DNA from: Gemmatimonadota bacterium
GTDB lineage: Bacteria; Gemmatimonadota; Gemmatimonadetes; Longimicrobiales; RSA9
Reading direction: 5' to 3'
Assembly (NCBI GenBank): GCA_040905425.1
Contig: JBBDRO010000011.1
Span: 1 to 12,295 of the forward strand
DNA length: 12,295 nucleotides
Each line of letters opens with the position of its first letter. Position 1 is the stretch's first letter. Below, piece after piece: positions 8,360-12,295 of this stretch. The notes below the pieces were generated by a model. That model had not been told where the DNA came from. It saw only the letters and a program-made list of their open reading frames with translations, and did no database searches. The translations under genes were made by a program, and so were the position numbers.

Positions 8360-8730
8360 TGCCGTCCATACAGCGCCCGCTCTCCGGTGACGTGCTCCTC
8401 CTGGACCTGGAGGAGGAACGTGCCCGCGCCGCCGATCCCGTGCTCCTGGAGCGGAGCGGCCGTAACGCTCGCACCCTGCTGAAGAGCGGGCCCCTGCGCG
8501 TGACCCTCGTCGTGCTGGCGCCCGGCGGCGAGATCGCAACGCATCAGGCGGAGGGGCCCATCACCATTCACCCGCTCGAGGGGCGCATACGGGTCACGGC
8601 CGAGGGCCAGGCGTACGCGCTCGCGCCCGGTCAGGTTCTCGCCGCGGGCCCGGGCGTCCCTCACGCCGTCTCCTCGGCGGAGGGCGGTTCCTTCCTGCTC
8701 ACTGTGGCGCATCCAGACGGGGCGGTCTGA
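8359..8730 (+). CDS. Cupin domain protein (123 aa)
   Basis: LAPGGEIATHQAEGPITIHPLEGRIRV and LAPGQVLAAGPGVPHAV match cupin motifs 1 and 2. TGATG overlap. Confidence 0.88.
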   Translation: MPSIQRPLSGDVLLLDLEEERARAADPVLLERSGRNARTLLKSGPLRVTLVVLAPGGEIATHQAEGPITIHPLEGRIRVTAEGQAYALAPGQVLAAGPGVPHAVSSAEGGSFLLTVAHPDGAV

Positions 8731-8733
8731 GCC

Positions 8734-9189
8734 GTGTACACGCTCGTCCGCCGCTTCATCAAGACCGGGATCTTCTTCCTCTTCACCGGCCTGCTACTGG
8801 GCGCATGGATGCTGGTGCGCCGGGACATCTTCGGCGTCTGGCCCAATCCCTATCTGGTCTCCGCGCACGCCCACGCCGTGCTGGTGGGCTTTGTCATGTT
8901 CCTCATCCTGGGCGTGGCGCTGTGGCTGTTTCCACGCGCGCCGAAGGAGGATCGGCGCTATCGGCCCGAACGCGCCGCGGCCGCCTACTGGATCCTGCTC
9001 ACGGCCACCGCCGGCCGTTTCGTGGCCGAGGCCGCGCGGGGCTGGTCCGGCGCGCCGCTGCTCGGCTGGATCGTGGTGATCGGCGGGTTGGGCCAGATCG
9101 TGGGGCTGGGCGTCTACTTCTGGACCATGTGGCCACGTATCCGGCCGGTGGGCAGCCACCTGCGGGAGGCCCGGGGAGAGAAATTCTGA
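8734..9189 (+). CDS. 4-TM membrane protein with HxH motif (single heme-copper-oxidase-subunit-I-like module)
   Basis: Four hydrophobic segments. SAHAHAVLVGFVMFLILGVALWLFP parallels the motifs of the 4859 protein. GTG start 3 nt after the cupin stop. Confidence 0.75.
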   Translation: MYTLVRRFIKTGIFFLFTGLLLGAWMLVRRDIFGVWPNPYLVSAHAHAVLVGFVMFLILGVALWLFPRAPKEDRRYRPERAAAAYWILLTATAGRFVAEAARGWSGAPLLGWIVVIGGLGQIVGLGVYFWTMWPRIRPVGSHLREARGEKF

Positions 9190-9219
9190 CGCCAGGGGGT
9201 CCGTCCGCGCAGAAAAAGC

Positions 9220-9234
9220 TGGCGCGCGCAGTGC
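9220..9234 (+). promoter_or_regulatory. Candidate sigma-54 (-24/-12) promoter
   Basis: TGGCGCG-CGCA-GTGC versus consensus TGGCACG-N4-TTGC. GG (9221-9222) and GC (9233-9234) are exactly 10 nt apart. Intergenic, after an A-tract, about 50 nt before the next start. Confidence 0.4.
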
Positions 9235-9285
9235 CTGTGGTCGAATTTGGATGCGCAGCTACTCTCTCCCCCTCAGGAGGCATCG

Positions 9286-9690
9286 ATGATGATTCCCGCC
9301 GCTGACCCCCGCGACGTCGTGGAAGTGGTCGTGCGCTACTGGTACCAGGGTCGTCCCTGGCGGCTGCGTTTCGACATGAACGCCCCCGACCCGCTCACCT
9401 CCATCTACTTCGACGAGGCGGAGGCCGCCACGGCGCGCGAGGCCATCGGCGAACGTGAAGAGCGCCACGCCCCGCTGGGTGAGGAGTGGGTGTGGGAGGA
9501 GCAGGGCGTCACCAACGAGCTGGACGACTCGGTCGCGATCGAAGGCGAAAGTGTGCGCCAGGAGTCCCAGGATGGCGAGAAGATGACGTCAAGAGCGCTC
9601 TACGCCACCGCTCCGGACGAAGACGGTACCCGGGCCGAGGTGACCACCTGCTGGCACCACATGTCGTGCCTGTGGTCCTGCCTGACATAG
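9286..9690 (+). CDS. Hypothetical acidic protein (134 aa) with Cys/Trp/His-rich C-terminal tail
   Basis: AGGAGG at 9275-9280 precedes ATG 9286/9289. High-GC3 codon usage. Ends in TTCWHHMSCLWSCLT. No family recognised. Confidence 0.75.
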   Translation: MMIPAADPRDVVEVVVRYWYQGRPWRLRFDMNAPDPLTSIYFDEAEAATAREAIGEREERHAPLGEEWVWEEQGVTNELDDSVAIEGESVRQESQDGEKMTSRALYATAPDEDGTRAEVTTCWHHMSCLWSCLT

Positions 9691-9707
9691 TACCTGGCGG
9701 TCCGGCC

Positions 9708-11597
9708 TCAGCGGCCTTCCAGCCGGACGGGCTCCTGCAGGTAGGCGCGCAGCGCCCGCCGGCGCTGGATGCTCACCGCGGTTTCGGGATGGTCGGCCAG
9801 ATAGGCCTCCATCAGGCCGCGTGCGCGCGCCGTCTCGCCCAGACGGAAGCGCACGGCGGCTTCCAGCCAGTGGTGGTCGGTGGCCGCCACGGCGCCAGCC
9901 GTTCGGGTGCCCAGGCGGTCGATGACCGCGCGCGCGCTGTCCGGCAGCGCAGCCCGCGCCAGCACGGCGGCCACGGCGTACCCGTAGTAGGCCGAGGCCG
10001 AGGATGCGGGGCCGCCCAAGCGCGCCACGATCCGGTCGTATGCAGCCCATGCGCTGTCCGGCATCGGGGGCATTTCTCCCCAGGCCATGAGCTCCAGGGT
10101 GCAGCTGTGCGCGACGGCGTACTCGGGGAAAGTGCTCTCGAGCCTGCCGCACCAGCGTGCCGCCTCCACGTCCGCTCCGAGCTCCAGGCTGGTCTGCGCC
10201 AGGATGGCCATGATGCTCAGGCGGTTCTCCAGATAGGCGTCCCGGTTCCACGCCTGCGTGGCCCAGTAGCGGGCCGGTTGGTATTCACCCCGCCCGTACA
10301 TGTAGAGCTCGGCCAGGGTCGCTGCGGCCGACCCCATGCCCGGACCGGTCCTGGCCGCCGTCTCCAGGTCGGCCGCCGCCAGGTCCAGCAGGGCGTCCGC
10401 GGAGTCGGCAATCTCCAGATCGGTGCCGAAGTTGTAGCGCGCCCACCGTAGCCGACCGCGAGCCGCCAGCGCGTCCGGGTGGCCGGGCCGGGCCTCCAGC
10501 ACGGCATCCAGCTCGGCGATGCCGCGGTCGAGCACGCGCGTGGCGGCCTCGGCCCCGCGCACGAACGCAACGCCGATCGCCTGCACCTCGCGCGCGGCGG
10601 CGCGCGCCAGGTCCACCTCGATCCAGCGCGGATCCAGCCGCTGGGCCCTGTCCAGGAGTGTATCCACCGCCTCCATCTCCCGCGCGAAGCCTTCCGGATC
10701 CACGCGCGCCAGACTGACCGCCCGCTCCAGCGCCCCGTCCGCGTCCCAGCGCGCGTGGGCCGCGGCGGGGCTCTCGGTGCCACGATTCCAGGCGCGTAAT
10801 TGCACCTCGCGGCCGAGCACCCTGCGCAGGCTGATCTCCACGTTGGCCGCCAGCGAGTCCGGGAGCGCGAAGGCGTCCTCCCCGCCCGCCGGGCCCGTGA
10901 CCGTGGCGGAATTGCTGAGGCCCTGCGTTTGGCCGTCGATGATGCGCACCTGGACGGTGCTGCCGTCGCTCGCAACGGTGGCCTTGAGGAAGAAATCGGC
11001 GCCCAGGCGGCGCGCCAGCGAATCCAGTGGGAGCGCGCCGTGCGCCGCGGCCGCGTGGGCCGGAATCACGATGAGGCCAGGGATGTCGGCCAGCGCGGTC
11101 TCGATGCTGGCTTCGAGGTGGTTGGCTATCCCTTCCCCAGCCGGTTCGGCAGCCTCGAACGGCAGGATGCTCATCACCATCGGGAGCGCGGCGGACGGTC
11201 GCTCCGGCGCCCGCAACACCGCCACGGCCGCCAGCCCGCCCACCCCCGCCAGCAGCAGCACGGCGCCGATCGTCACGGCGCGGCGCACTGCGGGTGGGAC
11301 CCGCGTGGCGTGGGCGCGGCGGATGCCGTCGTCCGTCCAGTCGAACGCCCAGGCAAGCAGCACGGCGGGCGGGAAGCCGAGCAGCACCACGATGCCCAGC
11401 ACGAAGCGCGTGGCCTCCGGCAGCCCGTACGTCTCGACGATCGTCTCGGCGGCGGCCAGCGTGACCAGGGCGCCGCCCACGTACATGAGTGCCACCTGCA
11501 CCACCTTCCGCCGGCGCAGCTCCGCTGACAGGCTGACCAGGGAGGACAGCCAGCGCAACAGGCGATTTCGCTCGGGCGGACGGGCGGCTGGATCCAT
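9708..11597 (-). CDS. Membrane-anchored TolB-N-like/TPR-repeat protein (3 N-terminal TM helices)
   Basis: ELRRRKVVQVALMY...LLGFPPAVLLAWAFDWTDDG membrane module, a third TM, MSILPF TolB-like start, ARRLGADFFLKATV, then TPR-like helices (AQRLDPRW, VLEARPGHPDALAARG). Confidence 0.8.
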   Translation of the reverse strand: MDPAARPPERNRLLRWLSSLVSLSAELRRRKVVQVALMYVGGALVTLAAAETIVETYGLPEATRFVLGIVVLLGFPPAVLLAWAFDWTDDGIRRAHATRVPPAVRRAVTIGAVLLLAGVGGLAAVAVLRAPERPSAALPMVMSILPFEAAEPAGEGIANHLEASIETALADIPGLIVIPAHAAAAHGALPLDSLARRLGADFFLKATVASDGSTVQVRIIDGQTQGLSNSATVTGPAGGEDAFALPDSLAANVEISLRRVLGREVQLRAWNRGTESPAAAHARWDADGALERAVSLARVDPEGFAREMEAVDTLLDRAQRLDPRWIEVDLARAAAREVQAIGVAFVRGAEAATRVLDRGIAELDAVLEARPGHPDALAARGRLRWARYNFGTDLEIADSADALLDLAAADLETAARTGPGMGSAAATLAELYMYGRGEYQPARYWATQAWNRDAYLENRLSIMAILAQTSLELGADVEAARWCGRLESTFPEYAVAHSCTLELMAWGEMPPMPDSAWAAYDRIVARLGGPASSASAYYGYAVAAVLARAALPDSARAVIDRLGTRTAGAVAATDHHWLEAAVRFRLGETARARGLMEAYLADHPETAVSIQRRRALRAYLQEPVRLEGR

Positions 11598-11747
11598 GAT
11601 TCCGGATCGCGGGAGGATGGGAACCCCACCCCATGATGGCGTATCCGGCGCCGGAGTACAAGGACGTTGCTGCTCAAGGCGAACATCTCAGCCACTACGG
11701 GGTTGCACGATCTTCGAGCCCATGACTCTGAACGGGAGTGCACCCGA

Positions 11748-12176
11748 ATGGCACAGGCCAGCAATGGCGATAAGGTAAGCATCCACTACACCGGCCGTCT
11801 GGATGACGGCACGGTATTCGACACGTCTGAGAACCGCGAGCCGCTCGGCTTCGAGCTGGGCTCGGGACAGGTGATCCCCGGCTTCGAGGACGCCGTGCGC
11901 GGCATGGAGCCGGGCCAGAAGCAGACCGTCACGATCGCCGCGGAGAACGCCTACGGGCCGCGCCGCGACGATCTGGTCATGAGCTTCCCCCGCGAGCAGC
12001 TGCCCGACGGCGTGAACCCCGAGCCGGGGCAGCAGCTGCAGATGCAGACGCAGGAGGGACAGGCGGTGCAGGTGACCGTGCGCGACGCCACGGAGGACGC
12101 GCTTATCCTGGACGCCAACCACCCGCTCGCGGGGCAGGACCTCACCTTCGAGATCGAGCTGGTCGAGGTGGGCTGA
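11748..12176 (+). CDS. slyD: FKBP-type peptidyl-prolyl cis-trans isomerase, SlyD/SlpA subfamily with insert-in-flap domain (142 aa)
   Basis: GDKVSIHYTGRLDDGTVFDTS, GSGQVIPGFE, AYG, DANHPLAGQDLTFEIELV. GGGAG RBS precedes ATG 11748. No His-rich tail. Confidence 0.93.
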   Translation: MAQASNGDKVSIHYTGRLDDGTVFDTSENREPLGFELGSGQVIPGFEDAVRGMEPGQKQTVTIAAENAYGPRRDDLVMSFPREQLPDGVNPEPGQQLQMQTQEGQAVQVTVRDATEDALILDANHPLAGQDLTFEIELVEVG

Positions 12177-12185
12177 CCCGCTCTG

Positions 12186-12253
12186 GCGGGGCGGATCGAG
12201 TGGGGCGCGGCCGGGAACGGTCAGCGCCCCGCTGCCGTTTCGATCCGCCGCGA
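12186..12253 (+). other. Nested stem-loop downstream of the PPIase gene (possible terminator/REP-like structure)
   Basis: Inner hairpin GGGGCGC-GGCCG/GGAA loop/CGGTC-A-GCGCCCC (12202-12230). Outer perfect 10-bp arms GGCGGATCGA (12190-12199) and TCGATCCGCC (12240-12249). Confidence 0.55.
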
Positions 12254-12295
12254 TCCGCCGCGATCCGCCGCGATCCGCCGCGATCCGCCGCGATC
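12241..12295. repeat. Perfect tandem repeat (CGATCCGCCG) x5.5, truncated by the window end
   Basis: Five identical 10-mers plus CGATC are read directly from the sequence. Confidence 0.97.

Noticed and set aside
9649..9687. c-type heme-binding motif in the Cys-rich tail
   Set aside because: No CxxCH; the pattern is C-W-H-H-M-S-C and C-L-W-S-C, and there is no export signal.
12177..12190. CCCGC-TCTG-GCGGG hairpin as intrinsic terminator of the PPIase gene
   Set aside because: Only a 5-bp stem, no following U-tract, and it competes with the larger stem.
12241..12295. Possible CRISPR array
   Set aside because: Contiguous 10-bp units with no spacers, and no cas genes in the window.

Overview
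GC-rich bacterial window; a Gemmatimonadota-like origin is my impression only. Left: a 5'-truncated HAMP sensor histidine kinase coupled to an NtrC-family sigma-54 response regulator, then a class I SAM methyltransferase with an unusual Lys-rich N-terminal extension. Centre (4203-9189): a tightly coupled nine-gene operon behind a sigma-70-like promoter overlapped by a palindrome. It encodes a SufR-like HTH regulator with C-x12-C-x27-C, a ~12-TM His-motif membrane protein, a DUF59/SufT-like Fe-S assembly factor, three DUF2249 (TusA-like) proteins carrying four domains, a degenerate xylose-isomerase-like TIM barrel, a cupin and a single-module version of the membrane protein. It looks like an uncharacterised metal-cofactor assembly/repair system, possibly for nitrosative stress or denitrification. 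Right: a small acidic protein ending in CWHHMSCLWSCLT, with a candidate sigma-54 promoter, converges on a 3-TM TolB-like/TPR protein. A SlyD-like FKBP PPIase follows, then a nested hairpin whose 3' arm is amplified into a 10-bp tandem repeat running off the window end. All family calls come from motif recognition; no database search was run.
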